From NCBI RefSeq assembly GCF_030144855.1, contig NC_082722.1, positions 26,970,001 to 27,034,000 of the forward strand: 64,000 nucleotides of DNA. The letters are read 5' to 3'. This DNA comes from Hypanus sabinus (lineage: Eukaryota). A program made the position numbers and the translations under genes. Below are positions 1 to 12,900 of the stretch, piece by piece (within the stretch, counting starts at the first letter, position 1; each line of letters begins with the position of its first letter). The notes under the pieces were generated by a model. It did not search any database. It was not told where the DNA came from and worked only from the letters and a program-made list of their open reading frames with translations.

Positions 1-570
1 TACAGAATCTGCGCCGTCATGTTCAACTGAACAGGTCGTTGGTGAAGCATACTTAGAGTACTCTGTTCTTTTCTGATCAGTCGGCTATAGAAAAGGCTCG
101 ACGAAGCTTGAATAGCCCAGAAAAGATTCACAAATACATTTGCGGGACAGCATGTATTTAACTGTAGGGAAAGTCTGGGGTAACTCTTCCCTAGAGCACA
201 GGAGCTTGAGGGGTGACCTTATAAATTTAGGGGTGTAAACAAAGGTATGGTTACAGTCTTTTATCCAGAGTAGCTGAATCGAAACTGAGAATGCATCAAT
301 TCCAGATGAGAGACAAAACATTTAAATGGATCTAGGGCAAGTTTTCCAAATCAAGGGAGCTTCGTAACTGGAAGAGAGTACGGGATGAACCTGTAGAAGT
401 GGGTAAGATTGCAATGTGTTAGAAACATTTGAATTGTTACACAGATAGAAAAGGTTTACTATGGTAAGTTACAAACACAAGAAAACGGGTATAGAAGGGA
501 TAGGTTTCTCGGTCTACATGAGCGAAATGGGCCGAAGTCCTGGTGCAATGCCGTATGAAGCCATGAATTT
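1..570 (+). mobile_element. CR1 LINE 3' fragment, decayed
   Basis: RT C-terminal-like sequence (gagcacaggagcttgaggggtgacctt = ExRxLRGDL) and a CR1-type 3' UTR. Confidence 0.6.
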
Positions 571-890
571 ATCTACATGGTGGTGGGCGTGTGTTCCTTG
601 GAATGCCGAGGATAGCAGGGTGTTGTGAGAATGCTATACGGTTATTGTGTGATTTACGTAATTGGTGTTTGATAGCAGGGATGGACGTAGGCACGCGAAT
701 GTGTTCCGTGCATGTATAACTTTTTCCCGTAAGCCAGCAAAGTATTCTCCAATGGTGGCTTCAAGTTAAGGTCAAGTGAAGAAACAAGGACTGGAACCAA
801 TTGTCCCACTCATATGATGATAATTCTGAGGAAAAAAAATACTCCCTTGACTTTTGGTGCTGAGAGCAATATTCTCCTCCTCGTTAATAG

Positions 891-918
891 AAGAGAATGA
901 TGATAATCGCAGTCGAGG
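891..918 (+). other. Candidate 28-nt micro-exon (paralog at 16993-17020)
   Basis: ctcctcctcgttaatag|AAGAGAATGATGATAATCGCAGTCGAGG|gtaaaa; both splice sites and the length are conserved in unit C. Confidence 0.4.
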
Positions 919-1839
919 GTAAAACAAAGGACAGATGACTTAAGAGTTCAAAATGCACCTTACAAACATTGTCCGGATTGTATGTAAATCATCAAATCCC
1001 GGTTAACTGAAATTTATTCATTACTAAAGCGGTGTTTAATCTGTTTGAATGTACTGATAACTAAGACAAAGATTTCTTTGAAATTAAAGAAAAACTTTAA
1101 CTTTTGTTTTCGTTTCGGAAGATTTGTGAAGTTTTGAAATTCGCCCAAAAAAATCAGATGGCTAGAAAGTTTTCGATATGACAGTCCCGGTTAACTAGAA
1201 GGCTATTGCACTAATTTTCTCACGAGATGTGTTGGACTATTCGAGAAACCCCATGAACTGTGCAATATCTGTCTATTACCATGTCCTTGACTTTATCACA
1301 TAAAAAGTTTCCCCAGCCATCAGGAGCATTCTCATAGTTAAAAAAGTACTTACAGCATCTTGCAAAGATTACAAATTCCACTGTACTTATACTGTAACGT
1401 GATATGTGTTTGGTCGAGTAGGGTGAATCAAAGAGTGGGAAACAAAATCACTCCCTTAATTTGCAACCATTCATCGGGTGATCGATCAGAAATCTTAGAT
1501 CTGTTTCGCTCTCCGCTGACGCTCCATGTTTCCTCTACTTTTGCGCAGCGGGTTCTGTTGCTGTTGTCTAGACGTTACTATGCTGTCTAACCTGATATTC
1601 ATTCCTATGATCTTGTGTTACTTCATTCATGTCTTTGAAAACATAGTGAGAAGATCGGGTCCAAGACCAAAGGGATTTCACCATGTTGTGTGCTCCTTCC
1701 TCCCTGCTCTCAGCGGCAGCAATCGAAGCAATTCTCCGTCAGGCACAGCACGTTACCTTTAGCTCCCAGTGTTGCCATTTTCCGATAATGTCGAATACAT
1801 TCTCAAAGGACTGATAAAAGAACATTCATATCAGTTACC

Positions 1840-2270
1840 CAAGGATTTCTGGAGATACTGGAATTTAGAGCAAATTCAGCAGACCAGTAACGACTATGTA
1901 AATTAATGAACAGTCAACGTTTCTCTCCGAGTCCCTTCATTAGGACTAGAAAGGATGGTGGAATATGCAAGAATAAAAAGACGGTGAGATGAAGGACAAA
2001 CTAGAAGGTGATAGGTGAAGTCGGGTTGAGGGGTCTTTGTGGGGTTGTGGGGGGAAAGGATGTTGGGCGGTAGGATGAAGTAAGAAACTGAGAGGTAATA
2101 GATTGAATATTCCGCATTTTCGGATGGACTGGAGACGCTCGAAAAAGTGGTCCCCAGTTTATGTCGAGTATCACCAGTGCAGAGGAAGCCGAGTCGGTAG
2201 CTCTGGCGACAGTAGACGACGCAACCCGATTTGCAGGCAGTGTTGACCTGCGATGAAGGTGATGAAGTTA
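1840..2270 (-). mobile_element. Penelope-like element 3' part with GIY-YIG endonuclease remnant and decayed hammerhead motif
   Basis: The ORF shows TACKSGCVVYCRQSYRLGFLCTGDTRHKLG, resembling the GIY-YIG pattern CxSxxVIYCIxCxxCxxxYIGETxRxL. Followed by CTAATGAAGGGACTCGGAGAGAAACGTT at about 1916-1943. Confidence 0.75.
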
Positions 2271-4757
2271 TAATTTTCAGGTTGTCTTCGCCTGTCAGGC
2301 AATTTTTCCTACTATTTGGATTTACATTTTCTGATTCGAAAAATGCAGATGTCTTCACCCATCTTCAAATTCATTTCAACAGCTATGTCAGTCTAGAATC
2401 TATCTCTGTTGTGGAATTAATTACATAAATAGCATCCTTTTTATTCATGGAACGGCCACTTGCTTGTTTCAGTGCGGGATCTGACGTCGAAATCCGGCCA
2501 CATTTCAGTATTTTCTGCATTAACTGAAAATAAACGACAATCATTTTCCAAATAGTAGCTTATGATGTAAACGGTCACGCTTTGAATGCGGTCAACAATT
2601 TATACGATTAAAGGTTAAACTTAAAACTCTGTTTTATTTAACATTGTGATGAAGCTTCTCATTTTTCTCTTTCCAGAATGCACACGCCGTAGAATCGAAA
2701 CACGGATATCGCAGAAAAAAACATTAGAATAATTCCGTTGCGAGGAAGAGGCTTTGAAGTCACTTTATATTAAAAAAACACTATCTGTAACCTAAATGTC
2801 GAGATTTAAAAATAAAGCCAACAGTCCGAAAATCGATTTTTGAGACACATGTAAATTTTAAGCACAAAAGCTTTCCTTGATATCATCAGCCAGCCTGTTA
2901 GTGTATTTCTATACTCTGCCATTTGTAATTTCCTTTTAACCTGCACGGGGAGTTTGTTGTAGATCTTTAACTGAAAGAAAACATTCAATCCTGGAGTGCA
3001 TCACGGCCGTAGGCTGTTCCACCCGTTTCATCCATTCAGAACGAAAATATTTACGTAGCAGTTCTTATACCTGCCTGCAGCATGGTAACACTTCCTCTAA
3101 GAAGGTTTTCTATATACCTACCGTCCACTGTCTGAAATCCATGCCGTGCCGAGCTCCCCTTTAAATCTTTTCTCTCTCGGTTCGAAGCCATGTCTTTTAG
3201 ATTTGGATCTCCGTCTAGAGAAATGGGCTATTAACATCTTGTATATTAATGTCCGTAACAATTGTTTTTATTTTTCAAATTCATAAATTGTCCCTCAGTC
3301 ACCTGTACTCCAGAGTAAACAGTCCATGTCTATCCAATCTCTCTGCCGCTGAAGCCTTCCATCCCAGGCAGTGTCCCAGAGAATCTATTTTGCAATCGTT
3401 CTAACTCTACGACGTTATATCTGTGGACCACAACAGCACACGACACTCCAAGACCGACCTCACCATTGTCTATTGGTACAACATGGTATTTCAGGTCTTG
3501 TCAAAATACTGCCAAGAGGGCAAGTAAGCTAAAGTAAGCAAGTAATCTGGATCCTGACGTGTCGGCGTTAAGTGCACACTAAAATCCCTTAAGGCATCAA
3601 CGCTTCTAAGATCCCTCTAGTATATCCTGTCACTATTCACGGCTGAGAAAATCATGAACACAGGAGAATCTGAAATCCAACAAACACAAAATGCTCGAGA
3701 AAATCAGCAGGTCAGGTGCCATCTCTGATAGGAGATCCCAACCTCGCTTAATGGTGGGAGTCCACGGCATGAAAAGGTTGGAAACACCTGGTATATGGAT
3801 AGGTATGATTTGAACAATCAACGGTTCGGGTCGAGACCCCTTTTCAGTTTTTGAGGGGGTATGTCCTTGATTAGCTTAGTTTCTTTTCTTAGGGGGAGGG
3901 AAGCAACGTTCCCTATACATAAGTTTTTAACAGCAGTATGGGCCAACAATTCCTACAAGAAGGAAATTTTGCCACGGCTTGTAAATGGATTATGTACGGA
4001 CTGTCAGATTAATAGCAATGATCGACGGACTTCCATTCTGAGTTTTTTGTTAGGATTTCTGAAGGCCTTGCAACTTTAAACACGGACAATATAAATAAGT
4101 TGAAGCTATAAAATGTTATGCAGTAATGGTAGTGGTACGGTTGTCATTCAAGAAAAATATACGGATTATATACACCAACACAATTAATTACAGATTATTT
4201 CATAATTATATTTACATAAATTTCAAAATTATATCAGCACAAATGCTACGTATGCGGGACTGTTTCAGTTACCACGTGGTGGCGCACCGCGCAGATGAGA
4301 GGGAACAGAGGTACCAAGTGCATACAGACTACAGTGATGGGAGGTTGGTTTCATGATGAACTGAGCTGTGTCCATAACCTTCTGCATTTTTGCTGTGTTA
4401 GGCAACCTCCTACTGTCAACATTTCGGTAATACCATTTATTCGTGACTTATGTAAAGCTTTGAATCATGGTAAACTTGAATTCTGCAGTATTAAAGCTTC
4501 ATCGTGTATTCATTACAGACGAGGATTATATATATATATATATATTATAACTTAATTTTGAATCGTCGATATAGATTCGTCTATAGAGCGATGTAATACT
4601 TTGGTTCTGAAAAAAATGATGCCTTTCATCATCATGCAGAAGGGGTACTCTGGGAATAAACAGTGTTATTTCAATCCGCTATCTGTATGATCCATTCACA
4701 ATGTGCAAAGTCCAATGGTGGCCGATGGGTACTCATTGTCCTCCCACCTGCATTCAG

Positions 4758-4856
4758 ATTTGTAAATATAGTACGGTCCCTGTTTCTACGTTGAGTTACC
4801 ACGTCGGAAGTTCCTACCCTACAAGAAAATCTAATGCTAACTTCGCAGTCCAGCAG
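4758..4856 (+). other. Candidate exon ending at CAG|gtagga (paralog 8294-8392 ending CAG|gtaaga; decayed copy about 20384-20482)
   Basis: Conserved donor in units A and B. Alternative acceptors at 4757/4771 (8293/8307/8331 in B) give different frames. Confidence 0.35.
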
Positions 4857-5420
4857 GTAGGAAGAGTTAAAACTTGCCTTCCGAGGTAGCAAATTTATTC
4901 GCTGTTATTATATTTTGGTTACAAACTGCGCTGCCATGAAGCTTTAACAACTGAATTTAATACCCGTATACACCTGTTTCCGTGTGGGTGGGACGACAAT
5001 TCAATGAATTCTTACGAGATGCTAACATCACGTATTTGTTGTTTCCTTTTTATGTGGCCAACGGGTCACTCATTATTTGACCGTAGAAATATAACATTTA
5101 TTTCACATCATTCTGTGCCCTAAACTTTTTTCACCTTTTGACTCTGTTAATTAACACCTAAGACATTGATAAGATTAACAGTGAAAAGATAGTAAGCATA
5201 AATTTCAATATGATATTTAGTAAAATGTGCACCATTCATTCGTGAATGAGCGTTCCAACAGTCATACATATTGGTACACACATTTACTGCATTCACTTCT
5301 TCTGAATTTTTCTTTATTTAGAGTTCATTAAGAAACAATTGCCAGAAGAGGATTTGGCAATGTCGTGCACTCACGTGCTTTTCTATCATCTTTAGAAAGC
5401 TCTGTTCATTCTGTATGCAG

Positions 5421-5470
5421 GATATTCTACAGTGCCAGCAAATAATGCTACTGGGTTGAAACGACAATGA
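5421..5470 (+). CDS. Putative stop-containing exon GYSTVPANNATGLKRQ* (paralog in unit A)
   Basis: ttcattctgtatgcag| acceptor, phase 1. Acceptor and stop position (50 nt) are conserved in copies at 8942 and 51612. Confidence 0.5.
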
Positions 5471-5974
5471 AATGAGCTGACAATGAGTAAGTTATGAAGT
5501 ATCTTTTAGAAAATATCAACAACACTTCATATTTGCTTGCTGAATTGGTCCGCTTTTGTGACTTTGCGATTCAAGAAAATGAACATCGGTTGTTTCCTAC
5601 TTGTATTCATGGGTAGATGGAAAACGAAAAAGAGAGATAGGAATTGAAAGATACTGTCAATTAATAATAAGATATTACGTTTGGAAATTTTACTTGAATC
5701 TAGAAGTGAAAATATTATTTACGAGTGGAAAGGTCGAAGAGATTTGAGATGCAAAGTGGCCTGGGTGAACGAAGCCAATGAATTATTAGCGATGGGAAAT
5801 CTATTCCAGCCAGCCATCATTCAGAGAAATCTTTATGCAGCAAGTAGGGGTCACGGGTCGCCGGGAAAACGAGGATACCGAACAAGCCAATCAGCCATAA
5901 AACTATAAGTTATAGGAGGAGTTTCTGGACATTTTGCTGATGGGGTCTGTTCCGCCATTTCTTGCTAAGACCAT

Positions 5975-6430
5975 AAGACCATAAGATAAAATAGTAGAAG
6001 TAAGCCATTCGCCCATCGAGTTTGCTAAGCCATTCAATCATTGTCTGATCCAATTCTTTTGTCATGCCCACTGTCCTGCCTTCATCCCATACCCTTTCAT
6101 GCCCTGCATAATCAAGAACCTCTCTATCTCTGCCTTGAGTGCACTCAATGACTTGGACTCCACAGACGCTCTTGGCAACAAATGCCACAGATTGACCAGC
6201 TTCTGACTAAAGTAATTCATCTGCATCTGAGTTCTAAATGGCCGTCCTTCAAACCTGAAGTCATGCACTCTTTTCCTTGAATCCCCTACCATGGGAAGTA
6301 ACCTCCCCATATCTAATCTATGCAGACCTTTTAACATTCGGAATGTGTCTGTGCGATCCCCCCTTATTCTCCTGAACTCCGGGCCATTCAGCCCAAGAGC
6401 TCCCATATATTTCTCATATGCTGACTCTTT
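5975..6430 (-). mobile_element. CR1 LINE 3' end, truncated at the duplication breakpoint
   Basis: ORF 6062-6406 (LGLNGPEFRRIRGD...FRMLKGL..LD), with a (TCTTATGG)-type tail. Confidence 0.85.
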
Positions 6431-9400
6431 CAGTGAGGAAGAGGCGTTGAAGTAACTTTATATAAAAAAAAAGTCGAGCTTTAAAAATAAAGCCAACACT
6501 ACTCAAATCGATTTAGAGACGCATGTAAATTTTAACAACGGCTTTCCATGATATCATCAGCGGGCCTGTTAGTGTATTTCTATGCTCTGCTATTTGTAAT
6601 GTCCTGTTAACCTGCACAAGGGGTTTGTTGTAGATCTTTAGTTGAAAGAAAATATTTAATCCTGGAGGGCATCACGGAAGAGGGCTCTTCCACCCGTTTC
6701 ATCCGTCCACCGTGCTCTGTTTGAAAACCATGCCCTGCCCAGCTGCTCTTTAAAACTTTTCTCTCTCCGTTCAAAGCTGTATCTTCTAAATTTGGATCCT
6801 CTGCATTGATAAATGCGCTTTCAGCATCTTGTATATTAATGTCCGTAACAATTGTTTTATTTTCAAATTCATAAAGTTGTCCCTCAGTCACCTGTACTCC
6901 AGAGTAAACAATCCATGTCTATCCCATCTCTCCGCGCCACTGGAATATTCCATTCCAAGGCCTTGTCCCAGATAATCTCTTTTGCAAACGTTCTAATTCT
7001 ACTATGTGCTCTCTGTGGACCAGACGAGCACACGGCACTCCAAGACCGGCCTATCAATTGTCTTTTGGTCCAACATGGTGTTTCAGCTCTTGTCCAAATA
7101 CTGCCAAGAGGGCAAATAGCCTAAACGCCTTCTTATCTGGATCCTGATGTGTTGTCGTTAAGTGCACACAAAAATCCCTTTGTGCGTCAACGCTTCTAAG
7201 ATCCCTCCAGTATATCCTGCCACTATTCACGGCAGAACAATTCATAAGCACAGAATATTCTGAAATCCAGTGTAACAAACACAAAATGTTGGAGGAACTT
7301 AGCAGGTCAAGCGCCATCTCTGACAGGTGCTCTCAACCTTGGTTAATGTTTGGTGTCCATGGCATGAAAAGGTTAGAAACCCCTGATATATAGATAGGTA
7401 TAATATAAACAATCAACGGTTCGGGTCGCGACCCTTCTTCAGTCTTTGAAGGAGATATGCCCACGGTTAGCCTGTTCTTTCTTCTTAGGGAGAAGGAAGC
7501 ATCGTTCCCTCTAAATTTTTAACAGCAGCACGAATCAACAATTCCTCCAACAAAGAAATTTTGCCATGGCTTGTACAAGGATTATGCACAGATTGGCAGT
7601 TTATTAACAATGCTCTACCGATTTAAATTCTGAGCATATTGTCTTTGCTTATTCTACTAACATCGTTGCAAATCGTTGCAATGGTTGTGAAACGGTTGTT
7701 ACTTTAAAAAAAAACACATACGGATACCAACACAATTAATTTGCAATGTATTTCATAATTATATCAGCAAACAATTCTACGCGTGCGGGAGTTCTTCAGT
7801 TACCACGTGGTGGCGCACCCGCACAGATGAGAGGGAACAGTAATGCCAAGTGTACACAGACGACAGAGATGGGAAGTTGGTTTTCTGATAAACTGAGCTG
7901 TGTCCATAACCTTCGTCATTTTTGCTGTGTTGGGCAACCTCCCAGTGTCAGCATTTAGTTATTACGATTGAGTTGAGACTTGTGTACAGTTTTTAATCAT
8001 GGTAAACTAAATCTTGCAGAACAAAAGCTTACTGTTGTGTTCATTACAGACGAGGATTATACTCCTCCGGAGAAAACCTCGTCATTTTGAATCATCGATA
8101 TAGATTCGACTATCGACGGATGTAATGCATTGGTTCTGAACAAAAAAAAAAATAATGCCTTTCATCATCATGCAGAAAGGGCACTCTGTGAATAAACAGT
8201 GTTATTTCAATCCGACATCTGTATGATCCATCCACAAAGTGCAAAGTACAAGGATGGTCACTGGGGCCGCACTGCCCTCCCACCTGCATTCAGATTTGTA
8301 AATACAGTACGGTCCCTGTACCTACGTTGAGTTACCACGCCAGCAGTCCCTCCCCTACAAGACAATCAAATGCTACCTTCGCAGTCCAGCAGGTAAGAAG
8401 AGTTAAACCTTGCCTTACGAAATAGCAAATTTATTTGCTGTTATTATAGTTAAGTTACACACTGCGCTGCCATGAAGCTTTAACAAGTGAATTCAATACC
8501 CGTATATAACTGTTTCCGTGTGGATGGGATCAGAATTCAGCGCATGCTTACGAGATGCTAACATCACGTATTTGTTGTGTCCTTCTTATGTTGCCAGCGG
8601 GTCACACGGTTATTTGGCCGCACAAATATAATATTTATTTTGCATCGTTCTGCGACATGAACATCTTTCTCCTTTTGAGTCTGTCAAGTAACACCTAAGA
8701 TATTGATAAGATTAACGGTGAAAAATAGAAAGCATAAATTTCAATATGATATTTATTAAAATGTGCAATATTCATTCGTGAATGAGAGCTCCAACAGCTT
8801 TACATACTTATACATACATTTACTGTAGGCACTGCTTCTGAAATTTGCTTTTACATAGAGTGCATTAAGAGGATTTGACAATGTAGTACACTCACGTGCT
8901 TTTCTATCATCTTTAGAAAGCTCTGTTCATTTTGTATGCAGGATATTCTACAGTGCTAGCAAATAATGCTACAGGGTTGAAACGACGATGAAATGAGCTG
9001 ACAATGAATAAGTTATGAAGCATATTTTAGAAAATATCAACAGCACTTCACATTTGCTTGCTGAATTGGTCCACTTTTATGACTTTGCAATTCAAGGAAA
9101 TGACAGTCGGTTGTTTGTTAGTTTTATTCATGGGTAGATGGAAAACAAAAAAACAGAGATAGGAATAGAAAGATATTGTTCATTAATAATAAGATATTAC
9201 ATTTGGAACTTTTACTTGAATGTTGAAGTGAAAGCATTATTTACGAGGGGAAAGGTCGAGGGGTTTTAGATGTAATGTGACCTGGGTGAACGAAGCCAAT
9301 GAATGATTCTCGATGAGAAATCTACACCAGCCACCATTATTCAGGCAAATCTTCAAGCACCAATTGGGCTGTAGGCCTCACAGGTCGGGGGGAAACGAGG

Positions 9401-9960
9401 ATGCCGATCAAGCCAATCAGCCAAAAGGCCATAAGATATAGGAGGAGGTTCTGGCCATTTTGCCGATGGGGACTGCACCGTCATTTCTTGCTGAGACCAT
9501 TAGACCATAAGATGTAGAAGTAGGCTATTCGGCCCATCGAGTCTACTAGGCGATTCAATCATGGGCTCATCCCATTCTTTTGGTCATGCCCACTCCCTTG
9601 CCTTCAGCCCATACCCTTTCCCGCCCTGTATAATCAAGAACCTATTCATCTCTGTCTTCAATACACCTAATGCCTTGGCCAACACAGACGCTCGTGACAA
9701 AAAATTCCACAGATTTAACACCTTCAGACTAAAGTAATTTCTCCGCATCTCAGATCTAAATGGCCGTCCTTCAATCCTGAAATCATGCCCTCTTTTCTTA
9801 GTAACCCTACCATGGAAAATAACTTTCCTGTATCTAACCTATCCAGGCCTTTTAACATCCGGAATGTTTCTGTGCTATCCCGCTTCATCCTCCTGAACTC
9901 TGAAGAATTCAGCCTAAGAGCGACCAGACGTTCCTCATACGGTAACCCTTTCATTCGCGG
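6431..9960. repeat. Tandem segmental duplication, copy B
   Basis: Colinear with 2731-6430. Confidence 0.9.
8942..8991 (+). CDS. Putative stop-containing exon GYSTVLANNATGLKRR* (unit B)
   Basis: ttcattttgtatgcag| acceptor; paralog of 5421-5470. Confidence 0.5.
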
Positions 9961-12900
9961 AACTATTTTTATAAATCTTCTCTGAATACTCTCCAATGTC
10001 AGTATATCCTTTCTAAAATAAGGAGCCCAAAACTGCACACAATACTCCAAGTGTGGTCTCACGAGTGCCTTATAGACTCTCAACATCACGTCCCTGGACT
10101 CTACTCTACCTCTAGAAATGAATGCCAAAATTGCATTCGCCTTCTTCACGAACGTCTCAACCCGCAGGTTAACGTTTAAGGTATCTTTGTATCTCTGCAT
10201 TTTGAATTCTCTCCCCATCTAAATAATAGTCTTCCCGTTTATTTCTTCCACCAAAGTGCATGATCGTACACGTTCCAGAATTGTATATCTTTTACCACCT
10301 CTTTGCCCATTTCCCTAAACTATTTAAGACTTTCTGCATGTTATCTGGTTCCTCAACACGACCCGCTCCTCCACCTGTCTTTGTATCATCGGCAAATTTA
10401 ATCACAAATCCATTAATACCGTAGTCCAAATCATTGACCATTATCGTAAAAAGCAGCAAAAAAGCGGTAACCGGCTGCCAGCCGGAATAGGATCACTTCA
10501 TTCCCACTCTCTATTTTCAGCCGACCAGTCAGTCCGACCCATGCTAGCCTCTATCTCCATGGGCTCTATTCTTGCAAAGCAGCTTCTTGTGTGGCACCTT
10601 GTCAAAGGCCTTCTGAAAATCCAAGTACACCACATCTACCACATCTCCATTGTCTACCATTCTTGCAATTTCCTCAAAAAATTGTAGTATGTTAGTCAGG
10701 CAGGATTCTCCTGTCATGAAACCATTCTAGGTTTGGCCTGTCTTGTATTGTGCCTCCAGATAATCGGTAATCTCTTCCCTAACAATCGATTCCAATAACT
10801 TCCCAACCACTGATGTCAGGCTAACAGATCCAAAGCTTCTTTTCTACTGCCTCATCACCCTTCTTAAATAGCGGAGGAGCATTTGGAATTTTTCAGTCAT
10901 CTGGTACAATGCCCTTGTCCCCGCAAGGATAGTGCCCGGAAGGGGCAGCATGTCTTCTGACACTAAGGTGAGTGAACTCGGTCTTTTTTTCTTGGAGCCA
11001 CGGAGACTGAGAGCTGAACTGATAGAGGTAATTAAGATAATGAGAGGCATTGATCGTGTGGATAGTCAGAGCCTTTCTCCCAGGGCTGAAGTGGCTAGCA
11101 CGAGAGGGCACCGTTTGATGATGCTTAGAAGATGGTACAAAGGGAGATGTCAAGGTTAGGTTTCTTTACATAGAGAGTGGTGAATGCATGGAATGAGCTG
11201 CCAGCGGCCGTGGTGGAGACGGAAAAGATAGTGAATGTTAGGAGACTCCTGGATAAGTACTTGGAGCTTGGAAAAATAGAGGGCCATGGGGAATCCTAGG
11301 TAGTTCTACTGTCCAACTTTGTGGGCCGAAGGTCCTTTATTGTGTTGAAGGTTTTCTATATTTCTATGTTTCTAATGCCAGAATCTATTGATTCTTGAAA
11401 GATCTTCGTTAATCCCTGCTCAATTTCTCCAGCTCCTTCCTTCAGACCCGGAGGTTGCATTCCATAATGTCCAGGAGAATTATCCACCCTCTGACCATTA
11501 AGCTTCCTAAGCACCACTCAGTCGTAATTTTAACTGCACAAACTTCATTTCCTTGACACTCTTGATTGTCCAGTATACTACAAACGTCTTGCAGAGTGGA
11601 CGCACAATACGCATTCGGTTCCTCTGCGATCGCTGCATCTCTCTTTACAATATCCTCAGCGTCATTTTGTATTGGTAATCTATCTACCCCCGAATGCCTT
11701 TAACCCTTTATATACTTAACAACGTTGAGTATCTTCTTTGATATTACTCGAAAACATCCTTACTGAATTCACCTTTTTCTTCCTAATGACCTTCTTAGTT
11801 TCCTTCTGCAACTTTGTTTAAAAGCTTCCCAATTCTCTATATTTCCACTAGCTCTGGATTCCTTGTATGCCCTATCTTTTGTTTTTTTTTACTTTCGCTC
11901 TGACTTCCCTTGTTTGCCACAGTAGTGTCCTTATTACCTTTGAAAATATCTTCTTATTTGGAGTGTATGTGTCTTGCACTTCCCTCATTTTTCGCAGCTT
12001 CAGCCATTGCTGCTCTGTTGTCCTTCTTTCAAATGCCCTATCCAGTCAACTTTAACCAGTTCGCCTCTCATGCTATTCTAATTTCCTTTATTCCACTGAA
12101 ATACAGACACTTTGGATATTATTTTTCCGTCTGAAATTTCAATGTGAACTCGATCATTTTGTGATCCCTCTTGCTTAAGGATTCCTTAACCTTAAGCTCA
12201 CTTATCACTGCTGGATCATTACACAACACCCAATCCAACACAGCTGATTACCTAGTCAGCTGTTCTATAAAGTCATCCCTTGGACATTCTACAAATTCTC
12301 TCTTAAGATCCAGTGCTGAGCTGGTTTTCTCAATCCACTGTCATGTTAAAATCCCCAATGATTATCATGACATTGTGCTTCTGACACGCTTTTCCTACCT
12401 CTTGCTGTAATTTGAATTCCACATCCCGGCTGCCGTTCGAAGGCCTGTAGACAACTGCCATTAGGGTCATTTTACAATTGCCATTTCTGAATTCAACTAG
12501 TAGAGTCTCTACACCTTCCAACCTTACGTCATCACTTTCTAATGATGTAATTTTTTTATGCACAAAGCCACACTGCATCCTCTGCCTACTAATCTGTCTT
12601 TCGGATATACTGTAAATCCTTGGACATTAGTCTTCGAATTGCAGCTATCCTTTAGCCAAGTTTCAGAGATCGCCACAACATCATATATGCCAATCTGTAG
12701 CTGAATTTCAAGATCGTCCATTTTATTCCTTATGCTGCGTGCATTCAAATATAACGCTTACAGTCCTGTATTGTTGTTTTCTGTTTTAACTGCAAGACGC
12801 CTGTATTGCCCTGTAACTCATGCCACTGGCTGTGATTAAGCCTCTTCTCTTGACTGTTCGTTATATAAACTTTGTTGCACGCTATCTTTGATTTATTTCT

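Larger units (their letters stand above)
2731..6430. repeat. Tandem segmental duplication, copy A (about 3.7 kb)
   Basis: Colinear with 6431-about 9960 (e.g. gaggaagaggc-ttgaagt-acttta at 2732 and 6435), including shared old CR1, Penelope, MITE and Rex1 fragments. About 80-85% identical by eye. Confidence 0.9.

Noticed and set aside
4749-4819. 71-nt minus-strand exon candidate (…RDRTIFTNLNA) in units A/B
   Set aside because: It overlaps the better-supported plus-strand candidate, has no tyrosine motif, shows a neutral substitution pattern and is broken in unit C.
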